Made by a program: the position numbers and the translations under genes. A DNA stretch of 63,555 nucleotides, the filler included, from Bigelowiella natans CCMP2755 (taxonomy: Eukaryota > Protista > Cercozoa): NCBI GenBank assembly GCA_000320545.1. It is 5 parts of 5 records of this genome, joined end to end, with 100 filler letters (N's around TTAATTAATTAA, not from the genome) between each part and the next. Parts side by side here need not be neighbours in the genome. Positions count along the whole stretch, not along the records: positions 27,938 to 44,677 come from ADNK01001924.1; positions 44,778 to 62,235 come from ADNK01001507.1; 3 more parts are not named here. One strand, given 5' to 3'. The notes beneath the pieces were generated by a model, which saw only the letters and a list, made by a program, of their open reading frames with translations, searched no databases and was not told the DNA's origin. Numbering within the stretch: position 1 is the first letter of the stretch; each line of letters opens with the position of its first letter. This document shows positions 40,628 through 53,433 of the stretch, piece after piece.

Positions 40628-41328
40628 AATGATGATGATGATAATGATGATTTCCATTGCTGCAAATCAATTCACACCCCCCCCCCCCCCCCCCTCTCCC
40701 TCAGGTACAGTGTTAAGGCAATTCTGCCGAATCTGAGCACGGCTGTCTGTATCATGCACGGAAAAGAAGACAAGATGGTAGTAGTAGTTGTAGTAGTAGT
40801 AGAATAAGGAGGAGGAAAAGTAGAAGATTAAAGAAGAAGAAGAAGAAGATGATGATGATGAAGGAGTCTTAGTAAGCAGTAGTAACCATCATCCAACGCA
40901 GTAGCAATCATCACCCGATGCCTCCTTTTTGTTTACCGCTGCCATCGACAGATACCGTACAAAGACTCAGAGATTGCCTTCAAAAACATGAACATGAAAA
41001 GAGCACAACACAGGCTGGTAGTAAGATGATGATGATCATGATGATGATGATGATGATGATGGCGATGGCGATGAAAGGACGTGTATACATGGCATAATAA
41101 TGAGGGTTGGGAGAGGAAAAGAACAAGGAAGCGTGCATCAAGAAAAGAGATATCTAACTCTGTCACCCATCATCATCGCGGAAATCGTATTCGTTTTCAT
41201 CATTCCTTCCTCATCTTCTTCTTCTTCCTTCGCACCACCACCAGATCACTCTTGACCGCTGCGGGCACGTACCCCACCAGGAGCTGCCAATGGTGTTTGC
41301 GGAGCAAGCTACTACCATCAGCAGATAA
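36769..41328 (+). CDS. Membrane-anchored alpha/beta-hydrolase-fold protein with N-terminal MENTAL-like transmembrane region
   Basis: TM region PYDFEKSSLLVVTLAIVRSVTLFSVF...WTIAVSTSMLLLTFGFIGAKI. Hydrolase motifs DFGSSLLTW, RFDLPGFGLSCRP..W....NPYT, LVGHGMGG, IMHGKEDKM|IP, CGHVPHQELP. The 3' end may extend to 41649. Confidence 0.8.
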
Positions 41329-41398
41329 ACGATTACTCGACCAAACAACGCTGCTGCTGCTGCTGCTACTGCTGCTGCCTGCAATAGAACTACTTTCC

Positions 41399-41442
<44 letters not shown>

Positions 41443-43102
41443 TTATATATATAGAGCTAGTAACAGATGCCAGGCATCAGTCACCTCCAGATTTGCTGCT
41501 GCAGAGCTGATAACTCGCCTAGAAAAAGCGCTGGGCAACACCTGCAATGTCCTGGTTATATAACAATACAACGAAGAGGAGTAACTGTGGAGAGAGTACG
41601 AGAAGAAGAGGAAGTGCGCCAAAGCTTCCAGGTCGAAAAGGAACGATAGAAAACGGAGGATGGGCCGCATTCATTGCATTCAATCGAGTCGTGTGGGCAA
41701 GGGTTGATGATACAACAGGGGGGGGCTGTCTTTGGGGTTTTTTGTCTGTTGGTGTGCTCCCGCCTCAGTAGCGAGCCATCGTGGCTGGAGCTCATTCAGT
41801 AGTATTGATAAATTACAAAGTCTTGCAGCTTGGTAGTAATTAATAACACCCTGCCTCGAATCACCATCATCATCGTAAAGCGGTGTCGATGTATTTGCAA
41901 TACGTTCACTGCAATCTATTGTCTGCGTTACATTTATATGACCAATGGGCGGTACACGCACCTTATAAAAGTTGAGCTTGGAGATAAGTTCTTAGAATTA
42001 TACATTAATAGAGATTATACATTAAACTCGGACACATGTCATTCCCATGCATCAGCCTATGTTGGTGGCGCATGCATGGCTAGATGGCATTCGCCAACAC
42101 GCTCTAGACGCCTGTTATAATATGATATATCAGATGAATAATGCGTCGGATGGCAAACATGACGTACCCTTTCTCATTCTAGTAGCACATGTACATGCAT
42201 CGCATCGTACGATCGATGTATTCAGACACGCACGGCGCATTATTACGTACATCTAATAGATGCTGCCTATAACCGTGTAGCAATGCTAGAATGGTTTATC
42301 TAGTTTACGTTCTAGCACATGCATGTATGTGTGACTACTGCTAGACACGCACATATAGACATCAGACAAGCCTAGATGCTAGCATGTATCATCTCGCATC
42401 ACTGGCTAGCTGGTGTCAAACAAATTGAAATTGCCAATAAGTGTCGCATTACCATGCGTTGTTAATTCATCTGTGGGGTAAGCAATCTCGGAAAATTCAT
42501 TTCTAGATTTCATCTCAAGTACAATGTGAGGAAGCAGATGTAGAGATGCCACATGTGATGCATGTGGTGTCATGATCGAAAGACATGTTCTTCAATGCAC
42601 GGCACAGGAACACCGACAGCTATACAGCTCTAGAGCAGCTCATATTATGAAATCAATTGAATGCCATCATGAATCGAAACGATGAGACGAAACGACTGAC
42701 CAAATCTGAAAAAAGAGGCACGGATAGACGGATCGCTGCGCGCACCGCGCGACATCGACGACAGGCTAGCAGGACACAGATGCTTTCAAATGCATGAAAC
42801 ACATGTTAGTCGAGACAAGCAGATACAACCTAAGTTCTGTAACCGCTCTAGCGCTGCTTTGCAAAGCTACATCAGGATGACTATTGAAAAGATTTAATCA
42901 CTTCATTACATCCGTCTCACGTATATGCTGTGTAATGCATGTACTTCCAGCTGCGCTACTCGCCATGCCCGCAATTCATCTAGTCTTGTATGTTCAAATG
43001 CTACTTATATCATACCCGTAGAACAATCGCCAAACACAGGCAATGCATTGATATGCGAAATCAAAAACAGTTTTCTCTTCTCTATTGACAGATTAAATGC
43101 GC

Positions 43103-43738
43103 TCATTTCCCGTATGCCCTGGCCTTCAATTCCTCAACGGTTTTCTGCACTCGAACAATCTACACACGTGCGCACAGCATTAGGAGTAAATGGCGTCGAG
43201 AGATAATAAGGTTGCAGTAGCGCGAAAATGATATACAAGAAATAAACAAACAGCTCGGTGGACCAAGGGCCTTGAGAAATAATAATACATAGTAACAACC
43301 TGCTCCGGAGCCGAAATACCAATTTCTTGGATTTCCGCTTTTGTTAGCGTCATGAACCTGCAGACATCCAAAAATGAATGATCTCAATAAATTCTCGTCG
43401 CCTTTTAATCGTCTCTCTTCGTCTTCTTTCTACGCGAGAATCATGATAATGTATATATGTCTATTGAACATTCTTCATACCCTAATCCGTCGAGCTGCTG
43501 CTCACAAAGGAGAACCAAAGTCACAGGATCCAAGTACGTATCACTATCTCTTTTGTTCTGATCAGGAGGGATGATAAAGGAAGAGGCATGTGCAGAAAGG
43601 AAGGGAGAAGAGTAATAAGCTAGAATTTCCACGACACAAAGAAATATACAAAACTTGCTGTCTCCTCCTTCAAAGCAGAGTCATGTAGATATCTCAGTTA
43701 TACCACAGTATGGATGTGGCTGGATGTGGCTGGTTTCT

Positions 43739-43777
<39 letters not shown>

Positions 43778-43811
43778 ATCTCTTTCTTTCCCCCGTCCTC
43801 TTACACACATA

Positions 43812-43850
<39 letters not shown>

Positions 43851-44460
43851 AACGCACGCAAGCAACACACACCGATAGCCATCCCATCAGCTTGCTATCA
43901 TCCCATGTCGTTGGATCGTCCAAGATTCTCTTCCGCAACCTGTCCCTTAGTGCTTCTCGACTACCCCGAACCTAGAGAGGGGAGGGGGAGGAGGAGGAGG
44001 AGGAGGAGGAGGAGAATCAAGAAAAGAAGCGCACAAAAATGTCACCAATGCATAGGAAATAGCATTGGATGATTTTCTATTTGAAGGAAGAAGACGAGAA
44101 GATTATATGTAGAAGGCTGCTGCTGCGCCTACCGAGAGGCCATAAGAGCTGAGAGCGTACTGCAACGCTCTTATCTTCAGGGCATCCACAGCTTCTTCAG
44201 TGAGAATCGAAGGAATAGAAGGGGGGGGAGGAGAGGCCAGCAGTAACTGCTCAAAGGTGGGGGTCGTTTCTGATGACGACGACGAGGACAATGACGACGT
44301 GGGAGCAGCTGCAGTTTCAAAATGACTACAAGATCCATCCGATTTCTTGTCACCATCCCCGTATAATATGCTGTGATTTCGCTTAAGCTGTTGCGTTGTG
44401 TGAAGAGATGGTTTGTAATATTTAACGGGACAATGGACGATGTAGTCCCCGCCCTCCAAC
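43103..44460 (-). CDS. C-terminal exons encoding a SAP domain followed by a SAM-like domain
   Basis: SAP: VDALKIRALQYALSSYGLS|VRGSREALRDRLRKRI. SAM-like: LDGLGYEEC...FMTLTKAEIQEIGISAPEQ|IVRVQKTVEELKARAYGK*. Confidence 0.7.
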
Positions 44461-44677
44461 CCCCCCCCCCTTTTAAGAGCCTTATCTATCTCTCAATATG
44501 TAAAGTATTTTCTTCTTCGTCTTCTCGTGTATGCAGCAGGAAGAAAGGGGCGTGGCACCTTGGGGAGCGTGTTTCTTTGGTTTTGTATATTCTTTACAAT
44601 ATGAATTCCTACACACACACACAAGAACAGCAGCATCCACATTGTTGGGGTTTTGATGTCAAACACTATACCACCGT

Positions 44678-44777
44678 NNNNNNNNNNNNNNNNNNNNNNN
44701 NNNNNNNNNNNNNNNNNNNNNTTAATTAATTAANNNNNNNNNNNNNNNNNNNNNNNNNNNNNNNNNNNNNNNNNNNN
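44678..44777. other. Artificial contig spacer
   Basis: N-TTAATTAATTAA-N, 100 nt. Confidence 0.98.
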
Positions 44778-45259
44778 TCCCTCTTTCTCTCCCCCTCCCT
44801 CTCTCCCTCTCTTTCTCTCTTTCTCTCTTTCTTGCCCTCTTTTTCAAGGAATGACTGGAATTGATTTTAAAATAAGCAGGAGCTGGTCTTAGAAAGAAGT
44901 TATAAGTTGTTTTTCCCCTGGGAGGGGGACGTTTTCGTACAAATCCCCTGATTTTTTTTTTCCCCCCCCCATTCCCACAAAGGATGACCCAAACTCATAA
45001 TTTTATACATATATATATATAAATATAAATAAAAATATATAGGGGTGGGGGGGGGTGTGTGGGGGGGGGTGGGAAAAGCACCCGGGCTCGAGGGTTGTAT
45101 GCTCCAGCTCGCGCTCACCCTCCTTCACCATTCCCCGGATAAATTACCACCCATCACCAGTAGTGGGAGAGGGCATCTATCAAGATTGTTCATCCCATGC
45201 CCCATCACAACTGTGAACGGTTTGCGTGGAAAAAAAAGGGGGGGGGGGGGGGGAAGTAC

Positions 45260-45684
45260 TGATACGCCATTTCTTCAGCTCTTGTCTGGTTCGCATCCTC
45301 AGGAAGGTCAGGGATCAACGAATCTGGAATCTGATGATAAGGCGCATTTTACAAAGCAAGCAATGATGAGAAGGTGCTGCTCCGGCGACGAATTCGTGAT
45401 TCACCTCCCTCTCGTCGTCGTCGAGCATAGAGCGGACTCGAGCCTGATTGAATTCAGACAATGAATAATTATATTATCGAGTATATAACGAATGTCCAAA
45501 TTGCTGGTCGATGTCATTGTTCGGTTCGTCTCTTGCTCTCCTCTCCTCTCCTCTCCTCTCCTCTCCCCCTCCCTACACAACTCTCTCCCCCCTCTTCGCG
45601 AGACATTTCCTGTTGCATGTCTTCCCCTTAACCACCCTCTAGTTTTTCCACCACCGGCACCATCATCATCATCATCATCCTCGT

Positions 45685-45718
<34 letters not shown>

Positions 45719-46168
45719 ACATACAGGAGCTTCCATCATTTCTTTGGACATTCCTCCGAACTTTTCCAGCCCCCCCCCTTCTTCGTCTTCCTCCTCCTCC
45801 TCCTCCCACCCGCCACAGGCCTAGTTGTTACAACAACAGACGAGACCGTCAAAGTCGTGCGAGCTCCTACCAATACTACTTTAATCTGAATTATATGTTT
45901 GTAGTACTGATCCAGTCGATCTTCATCTTATGCCTCAATCACAGCATCAATATACCATCGTGCTCGCTAACATCATGGGGCATGATGGCCAATGTCACCA
46001 ACGCCGCCATCCTCATCGCCAACACCACCACAGCACCGTCAATACGATCAAGCACGTGATAGAGCATATCTCCTCGTACATGCTCTGAGCTTTCGTCTTC
46101 GTCGCTGCTCTGCCCCACAGCATCGCCTAAGTGGAAGAGGCAATGAGAGGTTTCACCGTTTTTAAACG

Positions 46169-46215
<47 letters not shown>

Positions 46216-46443
46216 CATGCATACGCCGTATACACGCATTTCATAAGCACTCAGGCAACGATACGAAGCAAGCAGTCCACGCGGCATTTCCACATCATGA
46301 CGTTTCTTTTATCTTTCGCTCAGGCGATGATTTCCACGCATCACCTAGGCCTCTTTTCATTTGCTGCTTTTCCACGTCATCGAGCTGCTCCCATATTTCA
46401 CATGGGTTTGTGGGGATACGAAGATATGTTATTGCAATTATGT

Positions 46444-46515
<72 letters not shown>

Positions 46516-46693
46516 AGCATGCAGTCGATATGGAGATGGCGTGCTGTCGCGCACCTTCTGTTTTCCCCTTTTACTCTCCGCAATCTGATAGAGACACAAG
46601 CGTGGTGTCAAGTTGAATCGACCCTCCAATGCCAATTACTCCTCTCCCATTTTAGTGAGTGGGAGGCGGGGGGGGAGAGAGAAAGTGGAAGAA

Positions 46694-46738
<45 letters not shown>

Positions 46739-46922
46739 GAAACGGAAGAAACGGAAGGAAGAAAAATGCTCGAAATAGTCGATCGGTGCACATATCATCA
46801 TAGCTTCGGACCCAATCCTCGAGCTTCTCCGAACTCTCTTCCGAGGGGGTTCTCAGCTTTCCTTTGTTGAGTCTATCGTAGAAATAACGCGAAGCGAAGC
46901 TGACGAAGGTGCTGCCTGATAT

Positions 46923-46963
<41 letters not shown>

Positions 46964-47453
46964 ACCTCTCCATCACGGTTCATCGTCGTATGACGAAAGG
47001 GATGGCGTGCTACCTCCTCGTAGACGCCAGCGGGAGTGTTCCAGACGTGTTTGATATTTCTGTACACATGCCAAAGTCAACGATATCAGGGGATGTGTTT
47101 TTATGCGACATAGAAGATGGCCAGGCCGCTTGTTTTACGTTGGAGAAGTGATGATGACTGCTCCGAAAGCTGTTGCTGGTGTAATTCAAGCGACTTTCCA
47201 AACTTTGCGAGAGACCAAGCCTGGAATGGCTCTGCGGCAAGGGCAGAAGTACCACGGCGAGAATGCCGATCATTTGCCGACTGAATAGCTCGAGCTCCTG
47301 CAGAGGAGATGGACACGTAGAGTCAGTCAACTAATCTCGGTCACACCTGTGGGGGGGTAAACACCAGAAACAGAATGCAGAACTCTTTGGGAAGGAAGAT
47401 ACAACCTTAAGCCTTCGCAAGGACGTCTTGTATGACCGGTCGCCCTCATCCAT
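45260..47453 (-). CDS. 5' exons of an unidentified gene (possibly the N-terminus of the SAP/SAM gene across the spacer)
   Basis: MDEGDRSYKTSLRRLK|ELELFSRQM..., STFVSFASRYFYDRLNKGKLRTPSEESSEKLEDWVRSYDD, EIWEQLDDVEKQQMKRGL. Same strand as the SAP/SAM exons. Confidence 0.45.
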
Positions 47454-48017
47454 CTTTACACTCGAGAGAGTATTGTTGCTCTCACTGATCCCCCGAAGGG
47501 GTTAGTAGGGTTTCAGTACGGAGGGTTCCATGAGACTTTTTGTGATGAGAACATTGGAAATTTTTAGTTACCGAAATAAACGTAAGGAAAATAGATTTAT
47601 GGAGAAATACGAATATTTTCAGGAAACATTGAAATTCGTTTCAGAACATATTCTGCACTTGTAACCCTTACAATATGCGCAGTGACTTTTCTAATTCTTT
47701 GCTCGGAACAGGTTCGATCGACGCTCAGCGAAGCAAGAAAGATAATATTTTATCGAGTGTTTGACCAACTTGCCGAGGAACATCGATCATCTCTTCCTTT
47801 GGCCTTAGTGTTTCTATGAAGACAATCATTTCTCTTTGTCGTAGACAGGAATAGAACTTCAATAAAAATCTCTCCTCGTTTGTGAAGTCGCGGTATTAGG
47901 CTGAGAAAATTATACATAATAAAGTACATTTATTATATACGACAGCAGAAATATTTGTAAAATGTCTATAAATTGCCCGTCCGCATAACTGGCTCTTCCC
48001 GACTGGATACCACCATC

Positions 48018-49031
48018 ATGGAACCCCCATACGGACGTGCTGATGAAGAGGAAGAGGAATGTCTTGACTGACCAACAGAAGAGCCGGAGGTGGCTGGCAA
48101 GCATGATTTGGAAGCAGCTGAAGAGGAACAGAAGCCAAAGGGCCTTTGTGTAGCTGTTTGCACCATGTTGGCTGCCATTCCGGCACTTGTGGGTAGCTGA
48201 TGTTGGCCTATCCTGATGGGAGCTATGTTTGCGGTGGCCGCGAACAACGTCCCATCAGGATTGGTGGACTTCTTCCATGGAATTCAGGTTGCGATTACGT
48301 TTGCCCTGATGACCAATGTGGTTCAGTTCGCCTGGTGGACCCGAAAAGGCAAGCGCGGAAAGGCAATGACTCATTGTCAGCGATTCGGCTCTGTCTACGT
48401 TCTGATGGTCTCCACCTGCCTTGTCATGGTAAGCAACACCCCACCTACCGATATAGCACTACTTTCTTGATTATCATTGATGGAGGGATTGTTGTGATGA
48501 TGATGATGATGTGTCGGACGACATCATAACTGCCAGGTGCAACCGACGTGCATGCTGGTAATTAGCTCTTGGGGAATCAACAACTTCTTCTTCGACAACC
48601 AGTCGAACCCGAACGCGTTAGTTCCTAATACCCTAACTGGCTGGATGATACAAGTCTTCTGCACCTACCTTGGCTACATCCTCCTCTTTGTTGGTGTCTT
48701 CTGGGCCACGGGGCTGCACAAGAAAATAGCTCGTAAATGGGCCATTCTGAGGAACGGTGCGCCTGCTCGCAATGCTTCAATCACGAAAAAGTACAGCAAA
48801 ACGAGCAATGGAGAATCCGTCTCTGAGAACGTTGGCGGCTGGGATAGGGTACCTTAATAAACATCTCTCAAGCCCATCTCTATTCACCCACCATTGTCAT
48901 CATCTTGTGACATAACTTCTCTATCATCACAGGTCGGAACCAACAAGGGCGACCTCTGGTCCACTCTTTTCGAAGATTCAAAGACTGAGTCGAAAGAGAG
49001 GGGACTGGATACTCCACTCGTTCAATCTTGA
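48018..49031 (+). CDS. Membrane selenoprotein (MSP-like) with two in-frame TGA (Sec) codons
   Basis: From ATG 48018 one frame reads MEPPYGRADEEEEECLD-TGA(48069)-PTEE...CTMLAAIPALVGS-TGA(48198)-CWPILMGAMF...FFHGIQVAITFALMTNVVQF. Intron 48429-48536, then about 4 TM helices including FCTYLGYILLFVGVFWA. Stop is at 48857 or, with a second intron, 49031. Family assignment is from recalled motif similarity. Confidence 0.82.
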
Positions 49032-50255
49032 AAGGGCTCTTACCAATTGAGAGTTCCTACCAATCTCCGCAAGAATCGAAATCCGCGACCGAAGCAATTC
49101 GAGAGAATCCTGAAGCTTCGCAGCTCTAAACTTCTCCCTGGTTTTTGTTGGCTTTCTGTCAACACCTGGAAGAGCTCGAAGTGGAAATCAGCTGGCTGTC
49201 ATGGAATCGATTTTTCGTGGGGAACAACTTCGTCATTTCATTTCTTGTACATACGAATTCAAATGGACACTTTGACCACGTACCTGAATGTTAAGCTTGA
49301 AGGACTACGAAGTCGGTGTCACTTACGCGTGCTCATATCCATGCATGTAACGAATGTTCAGCGCAATGTGAGAATGTACGCATATACTAGCATGGCGTCC
49401 TTATTGTACCTGGGAATCCCATATTGCTACGACATGGTCTAGAAGTGTCGTACGACGCTCATCATGCATGTCTCATGATGTTGATGCATTGTCATGCACA
49501 AGCAATAGAAAGTGCGATCTAGCGATGTGCACTGTACATATATTCGTGAACACTATACCTAGCTAGCTAGCGTCGATCGCAACGTGCATGTGTGAACTTT
49601 ATGCGTGACATGCTAGCATGCGTTCACGTGTCGTTCGCACGCCTATGTAGATGACAATCTCTATAGATATCGATGCCCATGTGTACATGTATATATAAGC
49701 AGACACATATTATACATGGAGCTAATAAGCTTTACAGCAAACCCAGTAGCATACGCTAAACATCTACTAGACATGGTTAGATGGCCGATTGCTGGCTAGT
49801 AGTTGGCGTCGATATACAATTTTTATCATCCAAATAACGCATCCCGGTATGCAGGTGTGCCTCGCTAGCTCGCTCAAAACCGAGCTTATTAGACAACGAT
49901 GGCATCTACTAGCAGATCGATGCGAGCTAGCTAGCTAGCAGTTTGAGTAGCTGGTCCTTTTTCAGATTGTAGCGTGTGAGGAAAATTTTAAACACCAATG
50001 TAACTCATTAGGTAACATTAACAAAAGCTACATGCATGTGCACTACTACTAGACTAGTGCATTGTGCGTGTAGCTCTGCTAGAGCTGTATTATTTATGAG
50101 CTCATCATGCATCGCAAGGCGCAAGGCGCAAGACGCGATGTGCTTCATCGTCCACATTAGGACGACCATTAAAAAGATTTAATGATATCATTGCATCCGT
50201 CTCATATTACCTGCGATGTGCGTGTTTTGTTATGCATCTCATCATCAAGTTACCA

Positions 50256-51867
50256 TCATTTTTGCAGCATTACGTGCACGTTTCTAGCTGCCTTTTCCGG
50301 CGAGTTCCTGAACCGCATCATGTGCTCTTGCATCGCAGCCGCTGAAAATCGTGTGCAGAACCTAGCTTGGAACGTTGCCAGATGCCTTTCCTTCGCGGGC
50401 AAGGACTTGATGTCAGCTGCAGAGACTCTGCCTGCATTATCCACTTTCAAACAGCGCTTGTTGCTGGTACTCCCAGCACCAGGAAGAACGAAGCTGTAGA
50501 TATTGTCCAAGGTCGTCGTTTTCGCGAGCAAAGCTTCCGTCGCCGTCGGATAGCAGCCGCTGGCACAGAGTGGTGAGTGCGCGGATTTGATTTCCATGGA
50601 GCTCGTTGATTCTGCAACATCGTCCTTCCCATCTCCGTTCTTTTTCACTAACTGAGCGGTGAATGGGAACCCCTCATCGAAGACCCTCTTCGCATTCGAG
50701 GAAGTAGTAGTAGTTCTGTTGCTGCTGCTGCTGCCAGTCACATCGACGTTTGCGTGTTGTGCAATGCGGGTGTTATCATTTTTGGCTTGCCTCGTGTTTG
50801 TTTTGGGTGCCAACGAAACTCGCAGCGATAAGTCACGTGATGTCTTCTTCCGCTGATTCAAATCCTGTGCTCCTTTCGTGTCGCCAACGCTGTTACTGCT
50901 CGAAGAAGAAGAAGAAGAAGAAGAAGAAGAAGAAGAAGAAGAAGAAGAGGGAGAAGCAGCCTTCGCATCATCTAAGAGCATCCGCGTGGAGACTGTAATC
51001 GTGGTGTGCAAAGACGACGACGACGACGATGATGATGATGATGAGGAGGGGGATTGGATTTCGTCGTCCGCCGTCGTCGTCGTTGTCGATATAAGCACTT
51101 CAAAGGTGGCTTTCTCTCTCACAGCGATGATAGAAACAAGGTCGGAGCGGCCATAGAGGGCGAGGAATTGGCACTCGAAGTCATCCCAGAAGCGCATGCT
51201 GTCCTTGACACCTTTGTAGAACTGCCGCCACATCCCTCTCATGATGCTCAGGTCCGCGTTGGGGAACTCCACGCGAGTCCCTTGCTCGTCCACGACACGG
51301 AGAATCTCCTCGTGCAATCGGTTGCAGTGGTTGGTGGTGAAGAATATCAAGCGCCCTGAAAGGATGGGTGAGGTGATGGGAACGGGGGTGGTTAGCGTGC
51401 CGACAGCGTCCAAACATCTCATCCCCCCCCGTCCACCGAGCGTGGAGCAAACCATTTTGTTTTTGAAATGTGGCGAGGTCATGGCGAAGGACCATGATCG
51501 ATCGCGTCAAGAGCGAAGGGTGGATTCTTGCCAAAGCAGTCAATCATCACGTCATCATCATTACCATCATCATCATCATCATCGTCTCTGAACCAATCCA
51601 CCCTAACGCTACTATATTCTGAATGATACCGCAAGGAGGGTTCAGCATGCCCGATATGAGCTCCACAAAGTCCTCTATCTTGACTCCGAAGTCGGAGGGA
51701 TTGCTCACGCCCTCGATGGCAGCCTTTATGCCCTCGACGCCCTTCTTCTCAGGGTTCTGGTTAAGAGGTGTGAATAGAATAGAATAGAATATATATATAT
51801 ATATATAATATGTAATATGTAAGATCCGAATATGGTGGTGATGATACAGATATCATCCATTTGCGTT

Positions 51868-51908
<41 letters not shown>

Positions 51909-51953
51909 ATACACATGTGTTATATACCAATCTCTCTCTCTCTCTCTCTCTCT

Positions 51954-52001
<48 letters not shown>

Positions 52002-53098
52002 CATTTATAACAACATTCTCTGTGACAACGGGCCTTCATTTATTATTTAAACGCGAGGCAGAGGCGAGGAGGCACTGCATACATTTTGAGCGGCGAGGGC
52101 CACGGCTGTGGAGAGCGCCATCTTCCTAGCTTCTTCCTCCTGCTTGCTCGCATCTGATGCCTTCTCCTTGGTGAATATAGACTCTGCATCCTCCAGCACC
52201 ACAACGCACTAACGACCGTAAATTCAAAAAAGCCGTTCCTGTGATTTAAATTGTGGCGGAAGGAGAGTGGGGGGAGCGGGGCGGCGGACAGGGAGGCAGC
52301 ATGTTTTAATAAATTTCATTTCGAGCAACCTTGTTCTGCAGAGTGAAGTCTTTGAGGTTATTCCGCAATACCTTCAGTTAGAGCAGGTAGGAAGGGGGGT
52401 GGGGGGGGGGAGGGGGGGAGAGGATGCTGATGCTTATTGTTCCCGCGCTGCTTGATCTCAACCCACGAAGAGGCCCCGAAGAAGAGACGAAAGCACAAGA
52501 GCTCTGCTTCTACCTCTCGGTTGAGATTCTTAGATGCCAGCTGGAGATAGTAGTAATCGATTCGAAACAGAATGGCCAAAGCTTGCAGAAAGGACGACTT
52601 TCCATTTCCTGGGGGTCCATGCAACAGGTACACCCTCTGCTCTCCCAGTCGTATAATTCAGCCAATCATCGCCCGCGAGCAGAGTAGGTATAAGGGAGGG
52701 GGGTGTTAATTCATCAGAAAGGGTAAGATGCGAGATGCAAAATTTGTGTATATTTCATCAACCAAATCTTGATGAACATTGCGAGCAGCCATCAAAACGC
52801 GGTGTTGCAACATTTATTCAAGGATCGTGAGCGTTTCGATTGGTCCGTGTGCAGGATTGGGAGCCTGGCAGCACCCCAATGAGGGATTGGTTTGGTTTCA
52901 TTTCACCATGGTGAGTTTTGCATGCAGGAAGGGCAAGTGTGCAGCTTATCTAGCAACCATGGCCAGCACGCACCTGATAAGGTAGATCGTTCGCTCGGTA
53001 CCTTGAAGATTTGAACAACACCAATAAGTTATCAATAGCCCAACATCATTTTGATCGACAACATCTACCAAGCATTCTTCTCATTGCACACACACGCA

Positions 53099-53174
<76 letters not shown>

Positions 53175-53390
53175 CATGATTTTATTTCAGTGACCATTCT
53201 CTCCTGCGGAAGAAGCGTTTGATGTCTTGGAGAAGCTCCTGGCCCTTCGGCCCCAAGATGACGGTCTCCATCTTCCGTGGAGGAGCGTATATGCGCTTAA
53301 CACCGAATATCTTTGACGAATATTACAGTTTTAGACACAGAGAATGCGCCAATAAAGCTAGGAAAACGACAACAGGAAGAAGACGGAGAG

Positions 53391-53433
<43 letters not shown>

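Noticed and set aside
48061-48078. 18-nt GT..AG mini-intron that could remove the first TGA of the selenoprotein
   Set aside because: Splicing it creates an in-frame TAA, and other introns here are at least ~55 nt.
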